Of a DNA stretch of 64,000 nt, positions 63,345 through 64,000 are shown one piece after another (position 1 is the first letter of the stretch; each line of letters starts with the position of its first letter). Both the position numbers and the translations under genes were made by a program. The notes beneath the pieces were generated by a model. It made no database searches. It worked only from the letters and a program-made list of their open reading frames with translations, and was not told where the DNA came from. This DNA is from Eledone cirrhosa (taxonomy: Eukaryota): NCBI GenBank assembly GCA_964016885.1, contig OZ024743.1, positions 151,280,001 through 151,344,000 on the forward strand. The letters run 5' to 3'.

Positions 63345-64000
63345 GTAAACCAACAAAGGATGTCAGGAAAACAATTGATAAAAGATTTACAATATTTCCC
63401 AGTTCATGACCCCTTTTTTGGGGTGAAAAAAAATCACGAAAGGTCACCCTACATCATATTACTAAAAGATTGGGCTGTAAAAGGTCATTTGACAACTGGG
63501 TCCAGTCCTGCATAAGCCCACTGTTACAATCCATTACCTATTTATTAGTTTTGTAATGTATTGATGATAACTAGTGAGTAACTAGTGAGTTTACAAGGGT
63601 TTACCAGCACCAGTAATATCAATATTACTTGTTTCATTTGGTTTATGATGAATTGATGATAACTCGCATATCATTTATAAGTAGAAACAAGATGTACAAC
63701 TGAAGTAGATGCTGCCTGAAGAAGTTTGTTGATGGAAATCTTATCAAGTCCCTACACCACACCCATCCAGTGTTGCACACAGATCCTTGCCTGGGGTTTT
63801 AAGGTTTCAAGGTCGTTAAGTGTGTATGAATCTTAAAAATTGAGCAAACTAGAAGGTGCTGCTCCATACTTTGTAATTGCCCACAATGGCAGTTGAAATC
63901 ATAATCATGGTGAAAATGATTCTATCAGATATGCAATAACTGGTCAGTTTATGAAGCAATCCTCAATACCACACCTTGTCAAATGTTTGTGGGTGGGGTT

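Noticed and set aside
63650-63702. TTGATGA...GAAAC aagat GTA hammerhead-like string
   Set aside because: C3 is mutated, and stems I and II do not pair convincingly.

Overview
Very AT-rich, repeat-dense eukaryotic DNA. The SINE/RTE repertoire and huge (TA)n arrays suggest an octopod cephalopod (inference). The only host gene I can support is a minus-strand rolling pebbles/TANC-family gene: an N-terminal RING exon (55215-55388) and a following KTNGHF-motif exon (54523-54735). There is also a candidate upstream exon (61121-61192) and a candidate internal first exon (donor at 4237). Everything below 54522 appears to be intron of that gene. Positions ~5.3-28 kb form a nest of degenerate (TA)n microsatellite with a 200-N gap. 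The nest holds RTE-type LINE fragments with a PHD finger inside ORF2, a CR1-type LINE, tRNA-derived SINEs and several Penelope-like (PLE) pseudo-LTR fragments. These PLE fragments carry about nine hammerhead-ribozyme or hammerhead-like motifs, and two element junctions map onto ribozyme structural landmarks. Elsewhere there are a deleted mariner, a CRE-type endonuclease relic, a perfect 30-bp intronic hairpin, and an inverted SINE pair bracketing two phase-1 exons that could circularise into a stop-free 387-nt ORF. Nearly all long ORFs in the supplied track are (TA)n artefacts.
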